A DNA stretch of 62,066 bases, filler included, from Dugesia japonica (Eukaryota), in assembly GCA_001938525.1 (NCBI GenBank). It is 6 parts of 6 records of this genome, joined end to end, with 100 filler letters (N's around TTAATTAATTAA, not from the genome) between each part and the next. Parts side by side here need not be neighbours in the genome. Positions count along the whole stretch, not along the records: positions 31,365 to 40,013 come from MQRL01226856.1; positions 40,114 to 50,177 come from MQRL01600001.1; 4 more parts are not named here. The stretch is one strand, 5' to 3'. Under the pieces are notes generated by a model that worked only from the letters and a program-made list of their open reading frames with translations, was not told the DNA's origin and did no database searches. The position numbers and the translations under genes are program-made. Of the stretch, positions 35,401 through 48,700 are shown piece after piece. How positions within the stretch are numbered: position 1 is the first letter of the stretch; each line of letters begins with the position of its first letter.

Positions 35401-38271
35401 TCCCGATTTCAATATGGACGATAAACTCCAAGCCGGTTAACATTTTGAGTTCGATGAAAAGCGCTTTAAAGCACTTTTAGAGGACAGCCGTTAAATATGT
35501 TGAGCCTGGACTAAAAAAATGAACTGCAACCTTACAACATTATCTCGACATCTTCCATCGATAGAATTTACCCAAAAACTGGATGGATGGATACTCTATG
35601 CACTCAGAAAGAAAAATAAAGAAAACCAACTTAGAATCACAGCTCAGCATTTTACACGAAATCAAACAATGCGTAGCCAAAAATAATATTTCCTGTATAG
35701 AATCCTCACGCGGGATGAGAAATGGTGATTCTATGTAAATTTAAGACAAAGAAAGTAATTGGGAAACACCAAAACCTAGAGAAAAGCGAGATCTGCATCC
35801 AAAAAACAATGATTTGCGTTTGGTGGGACTATGATGGTCTCATACACATAGTTATGCTTAAGAAGAACAAGACGATCGACAAGAACATTTACGTAGCCCA
35901 GACGTACCTTGTGAAATATGCTATCCAAAAAAAGACCAAGTTAATAATGCTAAGTAATCCTACTCCACGACATAACACAGTAAAAATCATTAAAACCACT
36001 CTTCAAGAGCTCGGTAGGTAGAATCTTCAGCATCCACTGTACTCTCCAGATCTTTTCCGCTCGCTGCACAACAATATGATTGGAATAACCCTCGAAAATG
36101 ACAAGAATCTCAAAAAATGGCTTACCGACTTTTACGAGTCGAGACCCGACGATATTTGGATAAATGGTATAGACATGTTGGTTGACAGGGTGAAGAAAGT
36201 TGAAGAAACCGACGGGGAATACATAACTGATTAATTTGTTGTTAAAATATTATAATTTTTAATAAAAATTTCACTGATTTATTTGTTGTTAAAGTTGTCA
36301 ATAAAACCTTTTAAAAACGTTACGAAATTATGCAACAATCCAATATATTGTTTGTTACGTTCAGTTAATAAAACACGCCCGGAGTTTATTGAATACTTAA
36401 AAATAGCAAAAAATCAATACTTTTGCATTCATACTTAAAATCTTCAGCATCCACTGTACTCTCCGGATCTTTTCCGCTCGCTGCACAAGAATATGATTGT
36501 AATAACCCTCGACAATGATAAGAATCTCAAAAAATGGCTTACCGACTTTTACCAGTCGAGACCCGACGATATTTGGGGACGCGTTTGGGGACCACTCCAG
36601 TAACGGGTCCATGCACAAATTTGAAAAATGTAAATAATATTATGTAAAGTGTACACTGGTCTAGGACATAGACTTTTCATTTTCCATTGTGAAACTGTCT
36701 TATAAAAAACGATTAATCTAACAAAGTCTCTACAAAACATCTTCAGTCGTCATTGAGCAGTCGTGAGAAAATGCTGTTTTATTTCTTACTTTTCTACTTC
36801 AGGTGATCTGATAAAGAAAAATAAACAAAACAAATACGAATTGTTCGTAAAACATTTTTGTTACTTTTTACGAATAAATCGTATTTATTTTTTTTTAAAC
36901 TCACCTGGAGTAAAAAAGCCAGAATTAAATGGCTGCTCAATGACGGCTGAGAATGTTTTATGAAGACTTCGTTAGATTAATTCAGGGATTCCTTAGGTGT
37001 TCCACCAAGGTCCGCGAGTAAAAGACAAGCTGGTAACTCCTGCTCTAAGACTTAGAAGGCTCATAAACTCTTCGCTCAATTAAATTAGGATGAAACCTTA
37101 GGAATTTTTTTAATTAAAGTTTTTTAAATGATGAATGTAAATTTTAATTTTTTGACTAGCAAAAATCTGGAATTTTTGGCATTTTCCTAAATTTTTCGCG
37201 ACACACCGGAACACCCGTTGAACAACACTGATTAAATATTATCTGATAGTAATTATAGAGCATACAAATTGGTGTTTAAAAATTCAAATAATGTATTTAA
37301 TTTTAAAAATTCGAAAATATTTGGCTTATATTCAAAGATTTTTAAAATTAAATGCAAACACCCCTTCTATATTGTAGTAAAAATGTTCCAGGAAAACGCG
37401 AGTTTCTCCAATAATTTTCTTGTTCGTCTAAAACAGTGTCACAGAAAAATTACCAGTACCAATATTTTCATATTATTCTTATTTTATGAACTCTGATTTA
37501 AATTCAACATAAAATTAATTAGGAAAATTTACTATTAATGCAAAAATTTTAATATAAATAAAGGTAAAATTAATAACATTTTTCCAAATTATTCTTATTA
37601 TAAACAATTTTCATTTGACTACTATGAAAGACAAGTATTAACTAAAATAATCTTATTACTTCGCAAAATTGTTATTACGTAACATTTAGTAAAAATTACT
37701 AAACAAATTTACCATTTTGAAATTATATAAATTCAAATTTCCAACAATTTTCAAACATTACCAAAGTACAACTTAAATGATTTTTAATTAAAAAACCAAA
37801 ACAAACTTTTTCACGAAAGTAATTAATTTTATCAAAGATATATTTCAAACTATTAGGTATCAAACCAGGTTCATTAGCAATATTTCCACTACTTTTACCT
37901 CCGGTCATAGTAAATGTTTTACCACTGCTAGTCTGTCCACTGTTTTATTACAAATTAATTTTAAATTAATATTGATAAATTAATTACTAAGCAAAAACTG
38001 TACAATTATAACCTAAAAAGAATGATTCAAAAATATTTTTGCACGAATTGAAAATTTCCATCTAAAATTTATTATTACTCGCAAGATAAATAAATAATGA
38101 ACTTGAGTTGTGTTTTCGTCAGCGACTTTATCAAAACTATATATTTTTTCATCTGATTCTGATGGAATAATTATTGAATTTGATTCTTTATACTTCGAAA
38201 AATAATTTTTAGCACTCAAATCAATATTCGGACGAATCCTTAAAATCACTTTAATATTCTCTTCAGTTGAC
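32459..38271 (-). CDS. KIF15: Kinesin-12 / KIF15(KLP2)-like motor protein, multi-exon (both ends uncertain)
   Basis: Exons 38271-38103, 38061-37988, 37939-37807, then from 34001 downward with ~40-55 nt GT-AG introns. Motifs [83 protein letters not shown], then coiled coil. Subfamily call rests on SERQKD and VDIANGK similarity. Confidence 0.85.
34158..34598. mobile_element. Possible non-autonomous hAT-like element in the kinesin intron
   Basis: 11-bp TIR TAGAGAGGTCA...TGACCTCTCTA and GAGTACT(C) subterminal motifs; no clean TSD. Confidence 0.4.
34714..34893. repeat. Near-perfect 180-bp foldback (about 83-bp arms, ~13-nt loop)
   Basis: ATGGAAAAACTAAATGAAAAA...AAGGTTACATAA pairs with TTATGTAACCTT...TTTTTCATTTAGTTTTTTCCAT. 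Confidence 0.9.
35119..36345 (+). mobile_element. Full-length decayed mariner element in the kinesin intron
   Basis: TA-flanked TIRs (GTGGGTTGTTGAATAATTTCGTA / TACGAAATTATGCAACAATCCAA), ~1.23 kb, motifs [15 protein letters not shown] and HPLYSPDL. Its 3' part is re-duplicated at ~36438-36575. Confidence 0.9.
36713..36980. mobile_element. MITE with ~50-bp TIRs
   Basis: TTAATCTAACAAAGTCT...CAGTCGTCATTGAGCAG versus CTGCTCAATGACGGCTG...AGACTTCGTTAGATTAA. Confidence 0.75.
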
Positions 38272-41200
38272 CTGTATTTACATTTAAATTTGTATAACAT
38301 AGCATTAACACTAACATTTGTAAAATCTAATTTAAAATGAAATGTCCTAAAGATATTTTTAAACAAAAAGAATGCTTTTCTCGAAATTTTTACATTTCCA
38401 AATTTTTATTCAAAAAAAATTGTTATTTTCTTTATTTCAGATGTCTGGAATGATTTTGTGACTTTTGATTAATAAGATTGAATATTTTATCAATTATCAA
38501 AATGTTGACTTAGAATAATGAATTTTAAAAATTCTCAAATAGTTCAAATTTAATAGCAAAAATTTATTATGAATATGCAAAGATAGAAAAGCTTTGGTAC
38601 ACTAAAGTAGACCTTCAAATTTAAGGAGTTAACATACTTTAGTAATGTAAAATGGTTAATAAATAATATAAGTAATTGAATCCAGAACTGCGAGGGTTCA
38701 ATCAGAATACTTTGTTCGATTTTTAAAGGCTTCTGCTTCATTTTCCATATTAATCATCTTTCACTGTAGAAGCATCTTTCCTTGAAAACCACTAGCCATT
38801 AGGTATGCCTCAGTTACTTTTAAGAGTTGATCTAGTGACTGAATTTTTTTACCACCATAAACTTTATAACCACTTCAATGAAAACTGTTTAACAAAAATC
38901 CTTATTAAATTCTTCAAATAACGCGGAAAATATCGTGTAAAGTTGAGTATCAAATTATTCCCAAGAATAAATGAAAAATTGTCTACCACTGATGGCTAAA
39001 GTGATTCACGAAAAGAAGATCACCTTTAAATAATAAATAACCTAAGGCTTTTATTAATTGCCATATAAATTGTTTCCATCCTTCAACTTAAGTGAGAGAA
39101 TTGAATAAGACAATCCAATAAATAGATAAAAAAAAGAAACCAAATTACAATATTATGAAGTCTGTATTTACAAACCGAAAGNAAATGTTGGGATAGAACG
39201 ACCAAAAATGAGCAGTTAAAAGAAAGTTCATGAGTAAACTCAGAAATGGAAAGAAAATGTAATTCCAAGAATATAATAATGGCGACACAGATGAAATTAA
39301 AGAACTGCCTAAATACAAAAGAAAACTAACTGTGAACAACTACCATTGAACGGAGTGGGTTGAGCAAGAATAGAAGAAATACACATAGACCCAGTCGAAT
39401 TATCAATGAGACACAATGAGAATAAGAACAGAAAGAAGATAATGAATGAAAGAAACAACAAAACGAGAATACAAAGAGGCTGCAAGTATTGCTTGGCCAA
39501 TAATTTATTAACACGAATAAAATATGCTAAACTAGATTAATAATTAGCAACGGAGAAATAAATCAATTAAATTAGGTGCAGGAAGAAAAGCAAAAATTAT
39601 TTGTGTGCAAAGACCTCATATAGAAGTTACAATAGGGTAATAGAGAGGGTAGATATCTAACGTGTAGTGCTCCACGAGTACTTGTAATTACCAGGATATT
39701 ATGAAGCAGTATGTTGATCTGGTGCTATGAAATGTTATTCCTTCGTCTAATGTAGTCCATACTGTAGATGATCCTTAATAAACCTTTTAAACCTTATTGC
39801 GTAAACTTTATTTTTTGGGATAATTCATAATTGTAACTATAAACTTGACTAAACTCACTAATTTATTAATCATCGTGACAATGATATTGCTGATATTAAT
39901 AAAAATGGTAACCATGGAGATTAAAGCAAATCATTCGAGTGTTGGGGTGAAACACCCATTAATCTATAACTAAATCAATGGAAGAAATAAAAGTACGTAA
40001 AAGCAGTAAAAAANNNNNNNNNNNNNNNNNNNNNNNNNNNNNNNNNNNNNNNNNNNNTTAATTAATTAANNNNNNNNNNNNNNNNNNNNNNNNNNNNNNN
40101 NNNNNNNNNNNNNCAAAATTAATTTAGAAAACTCTAAATGTGAACTTAAATGATTGTTTGTTAATTAAGCTCACCATAACTCATATTCCTAAAGACATTT
40201 TCAAGACCTAATTGAAAATGATTCCAACATATTATCGAATATATAATACAAACGAAATACAAGCCAAAGTATTAATCGATTTTTTNNNNNNNNNNNNNNN
40301 NNNNNNNNNNNNNNNNNNNNNNNNNNNNNNNNNNNNNNNNNNNNNNNNNNNNNNNNNNNNNNNNNNNNNNNNNNNNNNNNNNNNNNNNNNNNNNNNNNNN
40401 NNNNNNNNNNNNNNNNNNNNNNNNNNNNNNNNNNNNNNNNNNNNNNNNNNNNNNNNNNNNNNNNNNNNNNNNNNNNNNNNNNNNNNNNNNNNNNNNNNNN
40501 NNNNNNNNNNNNNNNNNNNNNNNNNNNNNNNNNNNNNNNNNNNNNNNNNNNNNNNNNNNNNNNNNNNNNGAATAAATCTAATGAAATACATTAAAATTGA
40601 AAGAAATAAATTCATTGTAACAAAATAAAGAATAAAAGAAATAAATCTATTGAAATCTGTTGCACTAAATAAAGAATGAATATAATATAAATAAATCGAT
40701 TGTGGTAAATTAATGAAGGAGATGAGTTGAGGTGATAGATGGGGAAAGAAGAGATGAGTCTGATGTAATAAATCAATGGAGATGAGTTAGTCCTACGATG
40801 TGCGGAATGAGATGTGATTTGGGGATAGGCCATGTGAAAGAGGAAAGACATAAAAGTTATAATGTTACAGCAAGATAAATGCTCGAAATTAAATGTTTCG
40901 ATGATAATCAGTTGAATTTTATGAGTTGTTAGGATGATGAGAAGAATCAAAGAATAACGGAGTGTAATGATGAGTAGTCAGATTGTCCTTCGTGAGATTA
41001 GAAAAGGTTATGGGATTTTCGCGTAGATCTACCTGCAACTTTTCCTTTTGTTATTAGTGAAATAGCAGTATTTTTTTGTAGTACAGTTATGAAGGTGAAT
41101 ACCGCACTGAGTTATTGTTTTACTTATTAATGTATAAATGAATTGAATAATAAATAAGTGGTATGAAATACTGATTTATCTTAAATTTTAACCCTGAGTA

Positions 41201-42160
41201 AAAATTTGTGAAGATGATAAATATGATAAGATAGAGTGATAAGTAAGTGATACGAAATTGCATTTTTTTGTGTAATTTAAAGTTTTACTGAAGTCTTGAT
41301 AGTAATGCATCGCACATAAATAGAAAAACCATATTCCTAAGATAGATTAACACTCTGGTCCGCTGGATTTAAACTAAAGGGGCGGTTACAGCACTACCGT
41401 AACAAGGAGTCATCGGAACCAAACAAAAAGCGTGTAAGGGATACACGACGCTAAAATGCTTGTGATTTTCACAAGTATGCCTCTACTATTATAGAAATAA
41501 TATAATTTAAATTCGTGAAAATCCCAACATATATAATAAATTATGATATGATTTTCATTAATTATTTTCTCTAACTTTATTTTATGTACAGCATTTACAA
41601 AGTTATTTCCTACTTATTTATTTCATAAGAGCTATTAATCTTATGTCTATGTCCATATTTCTGTTTAAAAAATAACATCATTAATGTACATTGGCAGAAA
41701 ATTCTATTAAAAATAAATAATAATAGTACTCAATGATTATTAAGATCTTTTTATTATAAAATATCAAAGAAGAAAAATTATTTTACAAAAGTTAAGTTAC
41801 TATCAAAATCAGACTTCATTTAAATATAGCAATTACAAGGAAAACTTTTAAAAATGTTAAAAAGGGAATTTTTTATTTGTTTAAATATTTAAGTTTTTGA
41901 AAAAGTTTTGGCAAAAATTTGGATTTGGAGAATATTGGATTAGAAAGTAAATTTTTTATATTTTTATAACATTTTACTATTTTATTGTAATTGATTTGTA
42001 ATTTAATAAAGTTGTAATTAAGTTGTAATTTATCAAGTTTTAATTAATTTGTAAACAATAAATATATTTTATTCTAAAGATCTTTAATGTTTTTCAGCTA
42101 TTTTTGTTGTAATGAATACAAAAGAAGAAAATATTATTAATGAGGTGGGTATTCTTCACA

Positions 42161-43860
42161 TGGTAGCAGCGGTAAATACCGACTCGATAACTGAACGTCT
42201 ATTGCTCAAGGTATTTTTTAAGGCGAAGATATTGAAAAATTTATTAAAAGGATAGAATTATATTTTGACGCGAAAGGTATCAACCAGAAGAAAGAACAGG
42301 AGAGATTAGTCCTTTGTTTACTGAATGAAAATTATGTGAAGTCGGCAAAGAAGACAGAAGAATTTCAATCGAGGCTACGATTGGCATTCGAAAAAGAAAA
42401 GGATATAGTAGAAGATTTTCAGAATTTAGTAAATTTAAAAAGGGGAAATTTAGATGTTGGCGTATATGCAAAGAAAGTGGAGAATCTGGTCGACAGGATA
42501 TTTGATAACAAAGACTTTACAAAGGAGAAATTACTCGCCAAAATGTTAGTATTTTGTTCAGAAAAAGAGTTGAGGAAGAAGTGGTACTAAGGAAATTAGA
42601 AAAACTGGAAGAAATTAAGGAAACTTTAGTACTGTTAGACCGAGTGGAGAAAAAGAAAGAACGAATTTATGTTGTTCGAAGTTATGCGCAGGTGGTAAAT
42701 CGCGAGTTTCAGAATCCAAAAGTACATTCAAGGGGTACACAAGTAGATAGAAGCAAATTAAATCAACAGTTGGAATGTTGGATATGTCGCAAAGTTGGTC
42801 ACAGTAAAGAAAATTGTCCGGTAAAAGAAATAAGGGAACATTGGTCGTGCCATAGAAAGGGTTATTTGAGTAGAGAGTGTCCAGAAAGACGACCTGTGAG
42901 ATGTTTCGGATNNNNNNNNNNNNNNNNNNNNNNNNNNNNNNNNNNNNNNNNNNNNNNNNNNNNNNNNNNNNNNAAGGGTCATAGGGCGGAAAACTGTTAT
43001 GATAATTCGGGAATAAGACAAATGGGAGACACAAAAGGAAAAAGGACTGAGGAAAGGCATCGATATAATCAACTAAATATGATAGAGGAACAATGTAGAG
43101 ATGAACAGCATGTAACCGACGAGAAAGATGACAAGGAAGGAAATACTTTCCCAAACAGGTGGGCTCCATCAGTAGAGGAGTTGATTGGAGCCATCCATTA
43201 AGAGAAATTTTTGACAGTTGTCCTCAAGGAGCTGAGTTGTGGGAGAATAGATGGCAGATAGGAGAGAAAGTGTATAGATTTTTAAAGAGAGAAACATTTA
43301 GTAGTTCGGATAGTAAGGAATGGATCGGAGCGATTGAAGGTAGAAAAGAGATAACAATTTCTTATGACAAATTACAAGNNNNNNNNNNTGTTTTAGTAAC
43401 AATTCAGAATGTGAAGCTATAATGTTTATTACATACGGGAGCCCGTATTAATGTATTAAGTATGAGTTGTCTAAAGAAGTTTAAAGATATACAGCTGGAA
43501 GAACGAGATGAGAGATTGAGGTGTGCGAATGACAGTACTTTAGAAACGGCAGGAAGAGCACGTTTGCTAGTTTTATTGGGAGAGGATTGCAGAAAAATTA
43601 CCTTTGTTGTAGCAGATAAGGTTTTCCGGAGATAATAGGGTTTATTGATTTCCAGATGATTTTTGGATTTCATCTGACAGTGAAAAAAGTTTATGAAATT
43701 GAACAAATTGTAAACAATATTGATGCAAGATTTGGTAGACAAGTAGAGAAAGGAGAACGTTTAAATAGAGCGATTGAAACCATGGGAATTAAGAATGACT
43801 CAGATTATTCACAAGTCTGTATGATGAATAGCATACCAAGCGAGAAAAACTTATAGACAC
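42161..43860 (+). mobile_element. Gypsy LTR retrotransposon 5' part (PBS, gag with multiple CCHC knuckles, -1 frameshift site, protease)
   Basis: LTR end CACA followed by PBS TGGTAGCAG (tRNA-iMet-like); CWICRKVGHSKENC and further knuckles; degenerate protease CLLHTGARINV. The LTR lies upstream with an unresolved start. Confidence 0.88.
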
Positions 43861-43869
43861 ATGTGCGGC

Positions 43870-45710
43870 AATATAAATGTCATTTTTCTTTTTTTTGATA
43901 TAAAGTTATTTCCATGATATAAATGTCATCGATGTAACTTGTGGCTTGGAACTTTATTTTCCAATGAGTCTCTCTCAGCAATTTAGGACATAAAATTTGG
44001 CTCAATGTTCAAATAGAAGCAAAGTCTAGTCTTAACATATAGCCTGTCGCCAAAATATGCAACTTAGTAAGTTCTCAAATCTTTGTCGATTCTGATTTGT
44101 AAGAAAGTCTGCTTGGGATCTGTAACAGCACAGTCAGGTCGCAATCAGTCTTTCTTGGCAACTATGAATTGACCAACCTGGAAAATAACCAATTTAATAA
44201 TTCATAAAACTGTTATCAAGTACAGGCCCCTCCTTCATTTTACTTCCATTGACTTATTGCAGACTCATAATGAGACTCATATTCCTGACTTTATCATGTT
44301 TCTCTGTATCCAACTCAACCAGAATCCATATTGAATTCCGCCTTGTTTTCTCACTGTTGAATAACTGGAAGTTATCAGAACCCACCAGATAATTGTGACA
44401 GTATTTTCAACCAATAAAATTTCCAACAACGAACTTCCATTCCCCATTATGAAACCATGTTATGAAATCATTGTCTTCAATCAGTAAGTTCTGATAGTTC
44501 TCTGGTATCACCAGGCATGTATCTATAATTTTCTCTCGCTTAGTATACTAACAACCTTACAGACCTCCGAATACTTGTTTCCAATAAATTATTGTGATTT
44601 GGCTTTTAAAAATTTAATAGTCATCTTGTTCCTGAGAAGGATATTATTTCCAATTATGACATCAATACCACACGGTAGTTTATCCTACACATAAAACTCA
44701 ACTGGGCCTATGTTCACATCATTTATCATCACAGATTTGGCATCACACTTTCCAAGTATAGCCAGTGCACTCACATTTACCGGTTTGAAATCAGTACCAC
44801 ATATGCTGTTAAACTTCACATGTCTTCTTATTCAATACTTTATTAATGACACGCTATTACTTGAATTATATTCATTTTAAACTCTCAACAAATCTTTTGA
44901 TAAAGCAAAACATGATAAGTCTTGAGTATTTTTTGGCCGTCTTCGGTGACCATCAAGCCACTTATTTCATTGCACTCATATGGAATTTTAAAGACACGAG
45001 CTCACTAGAGTTCACAGCACCACGTCCGCACGAATTTCAACTGACCCACTCAAACTAGTTGAGAATTTACAGAATCGATTGCCTATTCTTCTTTATCGTT
45101 TAATGCTGCTTTGCAATTTGATATAAAGTGATCAACATTGCCACATTTGAATTGACAGTTCTTCTGTACATTCCCTGTACGGTAACAGTCCAAGTAACGG
45201 ATGACTTCGTCCTGTTTAGGTCTACTGACAAACGTTTTAACATAGTCACTGTGTTCTCGTTTCATTTTGACTAACTTTTGGAGGTAGTTAGTCCAAAATT
45301 TTCATCTAATCTTAAGACGCACTCATCTTTTAAATCTTCTCGCAGCGAGTCTAACAGTAAAATCGATGCAATGGTCTTCATAGAGTTATGATCACCAATA
45401 ACAACTTTCACGTTTTTCTTGATTTCTTCAATCCCAACGTCTACGTTCCTATTACAATCAATATTCATGCTTTACTTAGATCCAAGGTCTTTGTCGGCTG
45501 ATTTAGTAACTTTTTAGGATGGTTTCTTTGATATTTTTAACATTACTTTTATTCCTCTCAGTGTCATAAGATGATCGTGTAAAATTATTGGTTATCAATT
45601 TTTTCATTATTTTCTTCTTCATTTATACGTCAATTTACCTTTTCACATCTTCCCTCTTCAAAATTCTTTAATTTTTCAAACATTTCATCGCAATACCATG
45701 TTATGTGAAA
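43870..45710 (-). mobile_element. Highly decayed Gypsy element, opposite orientation
   Basis: ACA followed by PBS-like TGGTATTGCG at 45698; gag knuckles CYRTGNVQKNC and CGNVDHFISNC; RT motif YIDDIYI at ~43916-43938. Confidence 0.75.
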
Positions 45711-48700
45711 CTTAATAAAATAAAAATCGAATCAATCAAAAAATGTATTTCACCAAATTGAGAAAGATCGGTTTTTTGATATTTAGCATAGTTAAACAAA
45801 ATTCAAATTATTATAATATAACAGTGAGAAAAAAAATTTGGATTGTTATAATGGAATCCCAGAATATATTTTGACACAAAAATTCTAAGCCTCAATCTAA
45901 TTGTACGTGATACTATATTGAAGATTTGTTATTTAAAAGAAAACGATAATATATTTAGCTTTCTAGTTTTGTAAAAAAGAAAAGGTAACACGTGTTAAAG
46001 CTTACTTTTTCTTTTATAATTTTCAAAGAATTTATTGCACTTGTGAGGCATACATACCTCTGGTAAAGAACAATCTTATTGTAGCATAAATATTTATTAA
46101 AAAAATTACAAGGTTTCTAAATAAATTTTACAATATTAAAATTACAGCAAATCAATAAATTTACACTACAATAACTTATAATTTACAAATAATTAATAAT
46201 AAAAATTACACTTTAAAATTCTTAAAAGAATCAATATTACCTTGCCAAAATTCCAAAGTAAAATACCTTCAGATAAAACATTTTAGACCAAGATTTATTT
46301 TTCAAATTTAACCCACTCCACAAAACTGATTATAATATTTAAACAAAATCTAAAAATTCCTATTTATAATTAATCCTCACAGCACTTAATGGCTTTTCCA
46401 CGTTAGTTTGTTTAATATTAAGTATTCATCCGTATTTTGAGTTTTGGTTTTTTGTGATTTCGTGTTTCACATTTTATCGAGTTTTATACTTGATAAACTT
46501 GTTTGTATGATCTCAAGAAACATCTTTAATACTTCGATGAAATATGATAGGATTTTATTGAAATAATAAAACAAATCAATAAAGTAATTTTTAGTATTGA
46601 TTATAAACATTTTATTGATGCAATAAAGCCAAAAATTGTAGTTGATGGAAGTTTTATGGATTGTGTTATCATAATATCTATGGCACGTTAATTGTTTATT
46701 TATTACTTAGTAGTTGAAACAAAACTGTAAAATAAATTAATACATCAAAGGAAAATTACATTTTGTTTTTAAAATTTTGCGAATAAAAAATAAATTGACG
46801 GAAATAATTTGATATTGTAGAATATTGCCAGTGAAATTGAATTTGGCGGAATTTTGAATGGTGCAAATTCTAAGTTTTACTGTATATTAATATTCTTGAA
46901 AATATTTGATATTAACATAAACTTGATTTTATAAATAATATAATCATCTTTGTTAAAATAACTGTTTTTTTTAAAAATATCCGTTCATATGAATGTTACA
47001 AACAAATATTCATAACCTTTGTATTAGTATGTTACATTAATATGAATCGTTAAATATTATTTTATAAAATATGTAAATATTATAAATTTGNNNNNNNNNN
47101 NNNNNNNNNNNNNNNNNNNNNNNAAATAATCTTTTAAATTAATCATTAACTATTCATCGTCTAATTAATGCTTAAATTACTAACATTAGTAAGCAAAAAA
47201 TAATTTTTCTTGATATAAGCTAAATTAATTTTATTCAGCAGTAAAAAAATGATCCCCAGATAGTCGCTTAAAGTAGAACTCGAATTTATTCAATTTAGAA
47301 AATTTACTAATTTATATAACGGTTGATGTTTTTTGCACAATTTCACTTTAATTAAAATTACGATGTGTTAATTATCGTAAAGAAAGATATTGATGAATTT
47401 AGAAATTTTAATAAATTTTATTATTAAAAATATTTTGGTTTTAAATTTGTATTTATTGATAATTGATAAGTTATGAAAATAAATTAACTTTAAAATTTTT
47501 ATGTCACAATTTTCACTTTTTGTTTCATAAAACCATTAGTTTTGTTAGATATTTACTGAGAATAATTTACAAGGTTTCCTATAAATTTAAATACATTTTA
47601 TCAAAATATAAATAGTAGGTAGATACTGGCGCACTCACCCTTCCACGGCAAATTGGTTTATAATTTTGATTGCTGATAAACTTTTTATTTGTATTGCTCG
47701 ATTGTGATTGGTCCAAAATTTACACGAAAATTTAGAATTTCGGTATATACTGTTTTCTGCCAAAAACTATCGTATGGATACGAATTTGGTACCATTTGAC
47801 TCAAAATTAAACAAAATGTGTTTCTTAATGCAAAAGATACTAGCTCATTGAGCTACAAACTTGGTAGTATTCGACTTCGAATAAAAAACTGTTTACACAT
47901 TGTCTAAAGAACTGTTACTTGCAGAAGCTTCCTTCTTAAGATAAAAGGATGTACCTCACTGAACGACCTTATAAGTTTACTTATAAAAGATGAAACATTC
48001 GATTTGGATGTCTTTCGACAATGTTACTTCAATGTTATTCAATGAAACAAATGAAAATGTTAAAAAAATAGAAACATTTTAACGCGATAACCAATATTTA
48101 GAGGATGAGTTCATGAATTTTATTCCTAGAATTTTATCAAAGACAAAAAGTTTTATAACATTGAATTACAAAGATTATTTAAATAGCTGTAGAGCGAACT
48201 CGGTTCAGAATCTGTGGAGTTTATTTAATCTGAAACCTTTCATTGATACGATGGTGGAGATATCATTAATGAAATATCGCCATCATTTTTAAGAAACTTT
48301 GCAATTTGTTTCAGATTCAGTTTCTAGACAGTCTTGTTATTCTTATAAGAAAGAAATTTATGAAGAAACTCCAATTCAAACCAGAATCATTTGAAAATAT
48401 GAGATTTTTAATGGACCATCTGGTAAACTGTCATGGTTTCATTTTACCAACAGTTGTAAACGAATTATATGAAAATGAGAGAATCAGAGTATCAAATAGT
48501 CTCAAATAAGATTTTGGTTATACGAGTCCAGAAATAAAAAATGAGACTCTAATGAATATTAAATTACAGAATATTAAATTAATCAATATTAAATTATTAG
48601 TGCTTTAATTTAGAATTGTTTTGGTATTATTAATTAAATTTACAACACATGAAATAAAATTTATATCACTCAAAATAAAATTACAAAAGTATAAATAAAA

